In this document: positions 54,303 to 62,567 of the stretch, piece by piece
Layout: each line of letters starts with the position of its first letter
Numbering within the stretch: the stretch's first letter is position 1
Assembly: GCA_045577415.1 (NCBI GenBank)
Contig: JAZNII010000052.1
Coordinates: 992 to 64,991 of the forward strand
DNA: 64,000 bases
Origin: Eubacteriales bacterium
GTDB lineage: Bacteria > Bacillota > Clostridia > Oscillospirales > CAG-272
Direction of reading: 5' to 3'
Program-made: the position numbers and the translations under genes
Notes under the pieces: model-generated
The model's input: only the letters and a program-made list of their open reading frames with translations
The model's database searches: none
Told to the model about the DNA's origin: nothing

Positions 54303-55772
54303 ATGAATGATTCTGTCGCTCTGCCCGAAAACGGCTCTGTTGAAGCTACGGAAATAAAAGCGAACACTTGGCACTCTCCCGAATTTAAAGTGTCGGGACT
54401 TTTCGCGTCCCACATGGTACTGCAAAGAGAAAAGCCCATCAAAATATGGGGATTTTCGCAAAAAGTCGGAACAAAAGTAGCAGGTCACTTTATGGGCGAG
54501 ACCTCCACGGCTACCGTTGGCGAGGACAACCGCTTTGAGCTTGTTTTCTCCGCGCGTCCCGTATGCACCGAGCCGCAGGTTATGGTAATCTCCGACGAAT
54601 TTGAGCATATTGTTACTCTTGAAGATATACTTATTGGAGATGTATGGATCATCGGCGGTCAATCTAACGCCGAGCTGCATTTAGCGTCTTGTATGCCGTT
54701 GACTCCAAGCGTAGAATTTGACGAGAACGACAATTTCCGTCTCTTTTCTCAAGCGCAAAGTTCAGCAAAGGCGCGTTCCTTTGAGATAGACTATCCCGAA
54801 CCCGATATAATCAATCCCGATTGGACTTGGAGCCGTCCCAACGAGAAAAGCTCACTCGGCTTTTCTGCGATCGGTTGGTTTTTTGCCAAAGAGATGTCAA
54901 AGCATATCGGAGTGCCGCTTGGCATGGTTATGATGGCGGCAGGCGGCGCGTGTCTGCGTGAGCTGATGCCCACCGAGCTTGCAAGCTCTCTCGGCTACAC
55001 CAAGGGTGCAAACGTCCGCATCGGCGGCTACTACGACACGCTCATCAACCCCATAGTTCCTTTGTCCTTCAAGGCGCAAATCTATTTTCAGGGTGAGAGC
55101 GAGGGCGTTTGGAAGGACTGCGCCGACAGATACGACACCGACCTCAAAGCTTATTTTGAGGACGAACGCCGCCGCTTCGGTCAGCATTTCCCCGTATACA
55201 ACGTTCAGCTTTCCAGCTATGGCGAAAACTGCTTCAATTACTTCCCCTCTCTCGACATCGTGCGTGTAAAACAGTTTGACGCGCTCTCGATCATCCCCGA
55301 CATGACGCTTACCGTTGATATGGACCTTGGCTCTCCCGAGGGCTTCGACTGGGCGCACTCGCCCCGAAAGCTTGAGCTTGCAGAGCGACTTGCCAGACTT
55401 GCTCTCGCTAAGGAATACGGCGTGGGAAAGGTGGTTGACGCGGTCTCTCCCCGTCCTATCTGCGCCTCCCTTTCCGATGACAAAAAGGAGATCGTTATTG
55501 ACTTTACCGACCTCGGCACGGGACTTATCGTGACGGGACAAGATCCCAAAAACAGCGTCGGTCTACCCGTAGCTGGCTTCTCGGTCGGTCCTTACGATGA
55601 CAGAAAGTCCGCTGAAGCCAAGATAAGCTCACGCGGTCAGGTCACCGTCACCGTTCCCGACGGCGCTGACACAAGCCGTGTTAACTACTGCTTCTCGATC
55701 ATCACAGAACCCGAGCTTTACAACGGTAACAATCTGCCATGCCCCGCGTTTTCCATTAAAGTTTCGCAGTAA
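54303..55772 (+). CDS. sialate O-acetylesterase-like (SASA/DUF303) carbohydrate esterase
   Basis: The GDVWIIGGQSNAE motif is typical of the family. A TTGACT-17-TGtTATAAT promoter lies upstream. Confidence 0.75.
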   Translation: MNDSVALPENGSVEATEIKANTWHSPEFKVSGLFASHMVLQREKPIKIWGFSQKVGTKVAGHFMGETSTATVGEDNRFELVFSARPVCTEPQVMVISDEFEHIVTLEDILIGDVWIIGGQSNAELHLASCMPLTPSVEFDENDNFRLFSQAQSSAKARSFEIDYPEPDIINPDWTWSRPNEKSSLGFSAIGWFFAKEMSKHIGVPLGMVMMAAGGACLRELMPTELASSLGYTKGANVRIGGYYDTLINPIVPLSFKAQIYFQGESEGVWKDCADRYDTDLKAYFEDERRRFGQHFPVYNVQLSSYGENCFNYFPSLDIVRVKQFDALSIIPDMTLTVDMDLGSPEGFDWAHSPRKLELAERLARLALAKEYGVGKVVDAVSPRPICASLSDDKKEIVIDFTDLGTGLIVTGQDPKNSVGLPVAGFSVGPYDDRKSAEAKISSRGQVTVTVPDGADTSRVNYCFSIITEPELYNGNNLPCPAFSIKVSQ

Positions 55773-55783
55773 TGGAGATCATT

Positions 55784-57103
55784 ATGGATAAAAAGATAAC
55801 GGTCGGCATCCTTACTTTAGGATGCAAGGTCAATCAATACGAAAGCGAAGCAATCGCGGAAACCCTTACGGACAAAGGCTTTATTATAAGCCCTCACTCT
55901 GAAAAATGCGGCGCTTATATAATCAACACCTGCACTGTCACCGCAGAGTCGGACAGAAAAGCGAGGCAGATGATAAGGCGTATGATAACGAAAAATCCCG
56001 AAGCCTACATACTGGTCACGGGATGTTATTCCCAAGTCTCCCCCAACGAGGTAGCGGAGATCAAGGGTGTAGACTATATCTGCGGAAGCTCAAACAAAAT
56101 GACCGTGGTTGACGTTCTTTGTGAGTTAGCCGAGCGCGGCAGAAAAAACGACATTTGTGAAATATCTGTTCCCGAGCTTAACGAATCGAGCTTTGAACCG
56201 ATGTCTATCCGTCGCTTCGACCGCACGCGCGCTTACGTTAAGATCGAGGACGGTTGCGAGTCAAAATGCGCCTACTGCACCATCCCCGCCTCACGCGGAC
56301 CTATACGCTCAAAGCCTTTTTCCGAGGTCATAGACGAGGTAAAGACACTTACCGAAAACGGCGTACGCGAGGTGGTGCTTACGGGCATCGAGACCGGCTC
56401 ATACGGCAGAGACCTGCCCGAAAACGAGAATTTCGCTTCTCTGCTTGCCGCCATCGACAAAATTGACGGCGTCGGCAGAGTTCGTACAGGCTCTCTTGAC
56501 CCAACGGTGATAAAGCCCTCGTTTGTTGAGACTATACGCGATCTCAAATCGCTCTGCCCCCATTTTCATCTGTCGCTTCAAAGCGGCAGCAGCAAGATCC
56601 TCGCCTCGATGAAGCGCAAATACAACGCCGATCAAGCGCTGGCTTGCATCGAAAGATTGCGCGATGCTATCCCCGACTTAAAGCTTACCACCGACGTGAT
56701 CGTCGGCTTCCCGGGTGAAACCGAGGAGGATTTTATTGAGAGCTGTGAATTTGCTCGCCGAGCAAGGTTTTTGATGATACACGTATTCCCTTACTCCAAA
56801 AGGAAAGGCACAGTAGCGGCAGAAATGAAGGGACAGATCCCCGAAGCCGTCAAAAAGGAGCGAGTGGCTACCCTTTCACAGATCAGCCGCGAGATCCGTG
56901 CTGAAATTCTTGACGAAAAGATTACTGAGGACAGACCTGTCGAGGTGCTTTTCGAGACCTGCGAGGGCGGATTTGCTCACGGTCACACCGCAGACTTTAT
57001 TGAGGTCAGAGTTAAAACCGACAAAAAGCTTCACGGACTTTTCCGCTCCGTCAAGCTGATTTCTCACGACGGAGACGTCTGCGAGGGAGTTTTCGTTGAA
57101 TAA
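55784..57103 (+). CDS. mtaB: tRNA t6A37 methylthiotransferase MtaB
   Basis: TLGCKVNQYESE N-domain, radical-SAM motif CESKCAYC and a TRAM C-terminus. The start at 55784 has a GGAGA RBS. An alternative ATG at 55772 overlaps the upstream stop codon (TAATG). Confidence 0.88.
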   Translation: MDKKITVGILTLGCKVNQYESEAIAETLTDKGFIISPHSEKCGAYIINTCTVTAESDRKARQMIRRMITKNPEAYILVTGCYSQVSPNEVAEIKGVDYICGSSNKMTVVDVLCELAERGRKNDICEISVPELNESSFEPMSIRRFDRTRAYVKIEDGCESKCAYCTIPASRGPIRSKPFSEVIDEVKTLTENGVREVVLTGIETGSYGRDLPENENFASLLAAIDKIDGVGRVRTGSLDPTVIKPSFVETIRDLKSLCPHFHLSLQSGSSKILASMKRKYNADQALACIERLRDAIPDLKLTTDVIVGFPGETEEDFIESCEFARRARFLMIHVFPYSKRKGTVAAEMKGQIPEAVKKERVATLSQISREIRAEILDEKITEDRPVEVLFETCEGGFAHGHTADFIEVRVKTDKKLHGLFRSVKLISHDGDVCEGVFVE

Positions 57104-57305
57104 GATATAATAATTAGTGAGAAAAGCATATAAAAATCTTTGATTTCATCTGCTTTTTAGTGTTTATTTGTAAAAAACAAAAAAATTTGAAATATTTTTC
57201 AAAAAACTATTGCAATTTAGAAAAAAGTATGATATAATATCGAAGTTGCATAATGTATAACAAATTCTATTAATAGATTGCAAGAAATTGCAAGGAGGTA
57301 AAATC

Positions 57306-57491
57306 ATGGCAAAGTGCAGTGTTTGTGGAAAAGGTGTTGTTTTCGGTCAGAACGTTTCTCACTCTAACCGTAAGACCAACAGAACCTGGAAGCCCAATAT
57401 CCGTAAGGTAAAGGCAATCGTTGACGGTACTCCTAAGACCGTTGCTGTTTGCTCTCGTTGCCTTCGTTCCGGCAAGGTTAACCGCGCTTAA
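57306..57491 (+). CDS. rpmB: 50S ribosomal protein L28
   Basis: MAKCSVCGKG..NVSHSNRKTNRTWKPN. It has an AAGGAGG RBS and a TTGCAA-17-TATAAT promoter upstream. Confidence 0.93.
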   Translation: MAKCSVCGKGVVFGQNVSHSNRKTNRTWKPNIRKVKAIVDGTPKTVAVCSRCLRSGKVNRA

Positions 57492-57520
57492 TTCGGTTAA
57501 AGGTTCATATTTTTCAAAGT

Positions 57521-57544
57521 GGGTGCGTGGTGACGCACCCTTTT
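57521..57544 (+). terminator. intrinsic terminator after rpmB
   Basis: GGGTGCGT GGTG ACGCACCC followed by TTTT. Confidence 0.7.
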
Positions 57545-57571
57545 GCATTTCAATTTTTTGCGGAGGACGAA

Positions 57572-58279
57572 ATGTACGTTATCACAGACAACAGAATAGA
57601 TAATTCCTCCCTGCGAACTCTGCAAAAGGAGGGCTTTGAGGCGATACTGCTCCCCCCTGCAAACTATCTGCAAGCGGGCGTTGCAGGTCACACCGATATG
57701 CTGATTTTTATAGGGTTTGGACGGCTTTTCTGTCATAAAAATTATTATGACAGCAACCGAGAGCTTATAGAACACATCGGCAAAGTTTCGGGACTTGAAT
57801 TGACTCTATCCGACGAGCCGACGGGCGCAAAATACCCTCTTGACGTGCTTTTTAACGCGTGTCTTGTGGGAAATAAGCTTATCTGCAACGAAAAAACCGT
57901 GTCAAGGCTGATACTTGAAGCCGCAAAAACGCAGAATTACAAGATAATAAACGTACCGCAGGGATATACAAAATGCTCGGTCTGCGTGGTGTCTGAAAAC
58001 GCGATAATTACCGCAGACAAGGCAATAGCGGAGGCTTGCAGATCAGAAAAAATCGACGTTCTCACGGTTTCCGAGGGGCATATTTCCCTGCCGCCCTATA
58101 ATTTCGGCTTCATCGGCGGCTCAAGCGGTTTATGCGGCGATAAGATCTATTTCTGCGGCTCTCTTGACACCCATTCCGATGGCGACGCAATAAGGAGTTT
58201 TTGCAAAAAGCACAAAAAAAATGCCGTTTCTCTGTCGGACGGCGAGCTGCAGGATGTGGGAAGCTTATTCTTTATATAA
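57572..58279 (+). CDS. conserved hypothetical protein
   Basis: 236-aa ORF starting at ATG 57572 with a GGAGGA RBS. I cannot assign a family. Confidence 0.5.
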   Translation: MYVITDNRIDNSSLRTLQKEGFEAILLPPANYLQAGVAGHTDMLIFIGFGRLFCHKNYYDSNRELIEHIGKVSGLELTLSDEPTGAKYPLDVLFNACLVGNKLICNEKTVSRLILEAAKTQNYKIINVPQGYTKCSVCVVSENAIITADKAIAEACRSEKIDVLTVSEGHISLPPYNFGFIGGSSGLCGDKIYFCGSLDTHSDGDAIRSFCKKHKKNAVSLSDGELQDVGSLFFI

Positions 58280-58355
58280 CAAAAACTATTGACCGTAGTA
58301 AGATAAACTAACAAAAAAACAACTCATTTGTTTGAAAGAATTTTTGAAAAGGGGT

Positions 58356-58391
58356 GCGGGGGAAAACTTTTTCTAAAAAGTTTTCCCCCGC
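58356..58391. repeat. 17-bp perfect hairpin GCGGGGGAAAACTTTTT / AAAAAGTTTTCCCCCGC
   Basis: It lies between convergent genes and is probably a bidirectional terminator. It shares the GGGGGAAA...TTTCCCCC core with the hairpin at 30511-30554. Confidence 0.6.
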
Positions 58392-58408
58392 ATTCTTTTA
58401 TAAAATAA

Positions 58409-58948
58409 TCAATAATTCTCTTCGTGAAGCTCGAAGTAGCTCTGAGGATGTGCGCAAGTGGGACAGATCTGGGGAGCTTTAGTACCAACCACGATATGAC
58501 CGCAGTTACGGCACTCCCATACCTTGACCTCGCTCTTTTCGAAAACCTGAGCGGTCTCAACGTTCTTGAGCAGTGCGCGATATCTTTCCTCATGGTGCTT
58601 CTCGATTGCAGCTACCATGCGGAACTTTGCAGCAAGCGCGGTAAATCCTTCTTCTTCGGCGGTCTTTGCAAAGCCCTCGTACATATCGGTCCACTCATAG
58701 TTCTCGCCATCAGCAGCGTTTGCAAGGTTCCACGCGGTGTCGCCGATTCCATCAAGCTCCTTGAGCCAGAGCTTAGCATGCTCCTTCTCGTTGTCGGCGG
58801 TCTTTAAGAAAAGAGCCGCGATCTGCTCGTATCCTTCCTTCTTTGCCTTAGAAGCAAAGTAGGTGTACTTATTTCTTGCCTGAGATTCACCCGCGAATGC
58901 CGCAAGAAGATTAGCTTCGGTTTTAGTGCCTGCGTATTTGTTTGCCAT
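58409..58948 (-). CDS. rbr: rubrerythrin
   Basis: N-terminal ferritin-like diiron domain plus a C-terminal rubredoxin-like CRNCG...CPTC. The start at 58948 has a GGAGG RBS. Confidence 0.9.
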   Translation of the reverse strand: MANKYAGTKTEANLLAAFAGESQARNKYTYFASKAKKEGYEQIAALFLKTADNEKEHAKLWLKELDGIGDTAWNLANAADGENYEWTDMYEGFAKTAEEEGFTALAAKFRMVAAIEKHHEERYRALLKNVETAQVFEKSEVKVWECRNCGHIVVGTKAPQICPTCAHPQSYFELHEENY

Positions 58949-58975
58949 AATATAATTCCTCCGTTTAAACATTAT

Positions 58976-58989
58976 GAGAATTTATTCTC
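58976..58989. promoter_or_regulatory. candidate operator (6-2-6 palindrome GAGAAT NN ATTCTC) at the rbr transcription start
   Basis: A perfect inverted repeat lies between the -10 element and the RBS of rbr. It is AT-rich, like boxes of the Fur/PerR family. Confidence 0.35.
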
Positions 58990-58998
58990 TATAGAAAA

Positions 58999-59027
58999 AA
59001 TATAGCATAAATTTTTCTTATTGTCAA
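58999..59027 (-). promoter_or_regulatory. sigma-A promoter of rbr
   Basis: On the minus strand TTGACA (59027-59022), a 17-nt spacer, then TGcTATATT (-10 at 59004-58999). Confidence 0.6.
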
Positions 59028-59049
59028 TATTTTTGCCAATTTTTTATTT

Positions 59050-59940
59050 TTATATACACAACAAAAGAATTGCAACAACACCCAAGCCTATTCCTACGTA
59101 CTGTCTGACGGTAAATCTTTCCTTAAAGAGAACAGCGCCAATCAAGGCAAGCACAAGCGACGTTCCGCAGTTATAGGCAGGATAATATATAGACCCTGGG
59201 ATCAATGATATAGCGAAGGTATGGACACATTGGAAAACACCAAGCGTCGCACCCACTCCACAACCAATTAGCACCGCGCTTTTTGATACAAGTGTTATTC
59301 CCTTTTTCGTCTCCTTGAGAGCAAGCATGCCAAATATCACAAAAGCCTCTACCGCCGCCATCATATATGCTATGCATACGAACTCAAAAGGTTGGAAATC
59401 GCCGCCTGCTCTTACAGTGTAAAGCTTTTGAAATACCGATGCAAATCCGTTTGATAAAAATAACAAGAGAGTCAGTATAAGCCATATCACGCTCTCGCCG
59501 CTGTTCTTGCTCGTCTTACCTTTTTCTGACTTGTTTACAACTGTCAAGCAAAGACACGCGAGAGCCAAAGCCGCTCCGACTCCTATAAGCGGCGTAAACT
59601 CGTCGCCTAAAAAGAATATCGAAACCAGCATAGGTATCAGCATTCCAAAATTGTTGATTATAACCGTCAACGTCATTCTGCCCATGGACAGCGCGATAAC
59701 GTAGAATATCTGATACAGCAGGCTAAAGCTGCCCAACAATACCGCGTAAAATACCGTGGTTGCCGATATTCCACCGTCAAAAAGCGTGGGCAGGAACATA
59801 AATGAAATGACGGAAAACATTATTGCGGTAAAGAAAACGTTTTGTGAGAGCGTGTGTTTACCGCTTTTCGAAAATTTTGATTGAAGTGTTACCTTTAAGG
59901 ATGCCAGAACGCAACCCAAAGGCAAAAGTAAATATTCCAT
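59050..59940 (-). CDS. EamA/DMT-superfamily transporter
   Basis: 296 aa with about 10 predicted TM helices in two EamA-like halves. Confidence 0.75.
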   Translation of the reverse strand: MEYLLLPLGCVLASLKVTLQSKFSKSGKHTLSQNVFFTAIMFSVISFMFLPTLFDGGISATTVFYAVLLGSFSLLYQIFYVIALSMGRMTLTVIINNFGMLIPMLVSIFFLGDEFTPLIGVGAALALACLCLTVVNKSEKGKTSKNSGESVIWLILTLLLFLSNGFASVFQKLYTVRAGGDFQPFEFVCIAYMMAAVEAFVIFGMLALKETKKGITLVSKSAVLIGCGVGATLGVFQCVHTFAISLIPGSIYYPAYNCGTSLVLALIGAVLFKERFTVRQYVGIGLGVVAILLLCI

Positions 59941-60011
59941 ATCCTGATCCCGATCTCCTATTAGAAATCTAAAACAAGTAAATTATACTACAAAAAAGGT
60001 GCGGTGTCAAT

Positions 60012-60038
60012 AAAAAACCGCCGACCTTCTGTCGGCGG
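60012..60038 (-). terminator. intrinsic terminator after rpsR
   Basis: CCGCCGAC / GTCGGCGG forms an 8-bp stem followed on the minus strand by TTTTTTATT. Confidence 0.75.
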
Positions 60039-60054
60039 GTTAAATGTTACTAAA

Positions 60055-60303
60055 TTAATCAGTAATGTAAGGCAGAAGAGCAACCTGACGCGCGCGCTTA
60101 ATAGCGGTGTTCAGCTCTCTCTGGTGTACTGCGCAGGTACCGGAAATTCTTCTGGGAAGAATTTTGCCGCGCTCGCTGATGAACTTGCGGAGCTTGCCAG
60201 CATCCTTGTAATCGATGTAAGCAACCTTATCAGCGCAGAAGATACATACCTTTTTTCTCTTTGCACGCATAGCAGGGCGTGCAGGACGAGTATTCTCAGT
60301 CAT
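60055..60303 (-). CDS. rpsR: 30S ribosomal protein S18
   Basis: [24 protein letters not shown] signature. It is the last gene of the rpsF-ssb-rpsR operon. Confidence 0.93.
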   Translation of the reverse strand: MTENTRPARPAMRAKRKKVCIFCADKVAYIDYKDAGKLRKFISERGKILPRRISGTCAVHQRELNTAIKRARQVALLPYITD

Positions 60304-60344
60304 CTTATGAAATCCTCCAATTTAAAATTTTAGTTGACGGCGAC

Positions 60345-60809
60345 TCAGAAAGGAAGATCGTCGTCGGTCTTGATCTCCTCAAACTTGGGAGCAGCTCCCG
60401 CAGGTGTGGAGAAAGAGGGTGTGGAACCACCGAAAGCGTCGGAATCGTCTCCACCAAAGGAGTTTCCGGACTCAGAGCGACTGTCAACAAACATAACCTC
60501 ATCAGCAACGATGTCGGTTCTGTAATGCTTTGCGCCCTGTTGATCGGTCCATGTGCTGTTCTGGATAGTACCAACTACGCAGATGGACGATCCTTTTCTA
60601 AAGTAACGGGAAACGAACTCAGCGGTCTGTCTCCAAGCAGTTACGTTGAAAAAGTCTGTTTCACTCTGCTGAGCGGAGTTCTTGGTGTATCTGCGGTTGA
60701 CCGCAACGCTAAAGGATACGACAGCGATGCCACTCTGTGTAGTCTTAAGCTCGGGATCCGCGGTAAGTCTTCCGCCGAGAATGACCTTGTTAAAATTAAA
60801 ATTTGCCAT
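60345..60809 (-). CDS. ssb: single-stranded DNA-binding protein
   Basis: OB-fold N-terminus (NKVILGGRLTADPELK), a Gly/Ser-rich linker and the acidic tip DDDLPF. Confidence 0.93.
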   Translation of the reverse strand: MANFNFNKVILGGRLTADPELKTTQSGIAVVSFSVAVNRRYTKNSAQQSETDFFNVTAWRQTAEFVSRYFRKGSSICVVGTIQNSTWTDQQGAKHYRTDIVADEVMFVDSRSESGNSFGGDDSDAFGGSTPSFSTPAGAAPKFEEIKTDDDLPF

Positions 60810-60834
60810 AATAGTCCTTCCCTTTCAGTTTGGA

Positions 60835-61230
60835 TTATTCAGCGTCTGCTTCGGTAGCTGCAACTTCTTCTGCAACAACTGCTTCAGCAACAACTTCTTC
60901 TGCAACGACCTCTTCCTTGACAGTTGCAACAGGCTCGAAATCAAGCTTAACTGTCATGGAACGCATGATGGACTCGTCGATATTGAAAAGACGGTCAAGC
61001 TCTGCGAGGAAAGATGCAGGGGACTTGTGAGTTACAACGGTGTAGTAGCCCTCGTTCATATCGTTGATGGGATATGCAAGACGGCGCTTGCCCCACTCTG
61101 CGACCTCAACGATCTCACCGTTGGAACCGATCAAACCTGTGAACTTGTTTACAGTAGCCTTTGTAGCCTCCTCACCGTTAGAAAGATCGGTGATGAACAG
61201 AGTTTCATAAGAATTGATGATGTTTTCCAT
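60835..61230 (-). CDS. rpsF: 30S ribosomal protein S6 with an acidic Val/Glu/Ala-rich C-terminal extension
   Basis: YETLFI.. N-terminus and S6 core. The extra tail KEEVVAEEVVAEAVVAEEVAATEADAE follows. Confidence 0.92.
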   Translation of the reverse strand: MENIINSYETLFITDLSNGEEATKATVNKFTGLIGSNGEIVEVAEWGKRRLAYPINDMNEGYYTVVTHKSPASFLAELDRLFNIDESIMRSMTVKLDFEPVATVKEEVVAEEVVAEAVVAEEVAATEADAE

Positions 61231-61327
61231 GTTTTATTACCTCCCTATGGACTTTATATCGACCGCGCTGTGTCTTTTTGCGCGGTAGAGAGACGGCCGT
61301 GGGCATCACAGACCGTACCGAGAAAGA
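61231..61327 (-). promoter_or_regulatory. structured rpsF 5' leader (candidate S6:S18 autoregulatory element)
   Basis: Two mutually exclusive hairpins share the sequence ACCG. One pairs CGGTA (61283-61287) with TACCG (61316-61320), with inner ACGG/CCGT pairing. The other pairs ACCGCGC (61262-61268) with GCGCGGT (61280-61286). Confidence 0.4.
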
Positions 61328-61356
61328 ATTATACCATAAATTATATACTTTGTCAA
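61328..61356 (-). promoter_or_regulatory. sigma-A promoter of rpsF-ssb-rpsR
   Basis: On the minus strand TTGACA (61356-61351), a 17-nt spacer, then TGgTATAAT (-10 at 61333-61328). Confidence 0.65.
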
Positions 61357-61448
61357 GCGATTGATAAAAACATTTGTAAACTTTTTGTTAATTGAGTGTC
61401 GCTCTAACAGTAACTTACCAATTACTATTCCAAATAAATCTTATTGGT

Positions 61449-61610
61449 GTGAACTTGCGTTGCCCCGCCGCCGTCGCATAGTCGCCGATGCATCGCTCGA
61501 TACACTCGCTTGCACGGCTCCTTGCTTTGGGCGATCTTGCAGTGCAAAAACGCTCCACCGGAGCCTTTTTGCTTGTTCGCCCTACCACCCTGCGCCTTTC
61601 GGCGCGGGGA
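61449..61610 (-). other. GC-rich hairpin-dense block containing colinear fragments of the adjacent tRNA-Pro (tRNA relic, att scar or unclassified sRNA)
   Basis: TGAACTTGCG (61450-61459) equals tRNA positions 61707-61716. GCC-CTACCACCC (61579-61590) equals tRNA 61717-61729 with one deleted T. On the minus strand there is a GNRA-capped hairpin GCGCC GAAA GGCGC (61605-61592). Confidence 0.4.
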
Positions 61611-61650
61611 GTTATCGGATCACAACTTCAAAGGCTATCGATGAGAATAG

Positions 61651-61686
61651 AAAAAGCCGAACAAACTGATGTTTGTTCGTCTTTTT
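61651..61686. terminator. bidirectional intrinsic terminator downstream of tRNA-Pro
   Basis: CGAACAAAC / GTTTGTTCG forms a 9-bp stem flanked by A5 and T5 runs. Confidence 0.75.
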
Positions 61687-61687
61687 C

Positions 61688-61763
61688 TGGTCTGAGTGAC
61701 AAGACTTGAACTTGCGGCCTCTACCACCCCAAGGTAGCGCGCTACCAGCTGCGCCACACCCAG
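61688..61763 (-). tRNA. tRNA-Pro (anticodon GGG), CCA encoded
   Basis: I folded this by hand and obtained a 76-nt cloverleaf. Acceptor stem is CTGGGTG/CACTCAG and D arm is GCGC-AGCTGGTA-GCGC. The anticodon arm is CTACC-TTGGGGT-GGTAG. The T arm is GCAAG-TTCAAGT-CTTGT, followed by ACCA. Confidence 0.88.
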
Positions 61764-61802
61764 AAACCTATTTTTTCTTGTCGTCTCTTGACGACTTGAA
61801 CA

Positions 61803-61830
61803 TTATACCACAATCAAATCGCTTTGTCAA
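61803..61830 (-). promoter_or_regulatory. sigma-A promoter of tRNA-Pro
   Basis: On the minus strand TTGACA (61830-61825), a 17-nt spacer, then TGgTATAAT (-10 at 61808-61803). Confidence 0.6.
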
Positions 61831-62039
61831 TACCTTTTTTGAAAATTCTTCAAAAATCTTTACTATAATTTTTCTTTATTTTTTGAGGTTTTTATTTTAG
61901 CGTTATGCTCCGCAATCGTCTTTAAAAAACACCGACGTATTTTGGCAAAAACTGTTTTCCCCTAAAAAAAAGATTGACATTTTTAAGCTATTATGGTATG
62001 ATATTATTAAAGGTAATCTTATGAAAGGAGATCAGTATT

Positions 62040-62504
62040 ATGGCAAAGAAAAAATTTTTTGATACCAACCTCTTCTCTTCAATACTCTACATCATCCTCG
62101 GTGTGCTTTTGATAGCTTTCCCCGGCGAGGCACTTAGCTGGGCTATGACTATTGCGGGCATCTTCTTTATAATTTCGGGTATTCTCGAATTAGTTAAGAA
62201 AAATTGGTTTGGCGGCGCTATAAGCCTTATCATCGGTATCGTTATTTTGGTTCTGGGCTGGACGCTTGTATGGTTAGTGCTTTTGGTTCTCGGTATTCTT
62301 GTTGCTATCAAGGGTGTTATCGCTCTTATCGACGCGCTTAAGAGACGCAAAAAGAACTTTTTAAGCATTCTGTTCGCAATACTTACCATAGTAGTAGGTA
62401 TCGTGCTTGCTTTTGGTAACGCTCTTGAGATAATCGTTATCGTTGCTGGCATACTTCTCGTAATCAACGGCGTGCTTGGTCTTATTTCCGCACTGAAAAA
62501 GTAA
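62040..62504 (+). CDS. DUF308/HdeD-like small membrane protein
   Basis: 154 aa with repeated TM hairpins of the pattern ILGVLLIAFPGEAL...GIFFIISGILEL. A TTGACA-17-TATGAT promoter lies upstream. Confidence 0.6.
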   Translation: MAKKKFFDTNLFSSILYIILGVLLIAFPGEALSWAMTIAGIFFIISGILELVKKNWFGGAISLIIGIVILVLGWTLVWLVLLVLGILVAIKGVIALIDALKRRKKNFLSILFAILTIVVGIVLAFGNALEIIVIVAGILLVINGVLGLISALKK

Positions 62505-62532
62505 TTTTTGTTTCAAAAAGCAAAAAAAACAT

Positions 62533-62559
62533 CCGACTCTGCAAATAATGCGGAGTCGG
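62533..62559. terminator. bidirectional intrinsic terminator
   Basis: CCGACTCTGC / GCGGAGTCGG forms a 10-bp stem (one G-U pair) flanked by an A8 run and a T5 run. Confidence 0.75.
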
Positions 62560-62567
62560 GTGCTTTT

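Noticed and set aside
61440-61650. Possible 6S RNA, SRP RNA, tmRNA or RNase P RNA
   Set aside because: I looked for SRP domain-IV-type motifs, a tmRNA tag reading frame with a tRNA-like 3' end, and the RNase P conserved core. None was found. The length and lack of clear promoter and terminator pairing do not fit 6S RNA. The class is left unassigned.
61361-61709. ORFs of 102 aa and 73 aa on the plus strand across the GC-rich block
   Set aside because: They have no RBS. Their translations are Arg/Ser/Cys/Ala-rich with no resemblance to proteins. The region is explained better by hairpin-forming GC-rich RNA or DNA structure.
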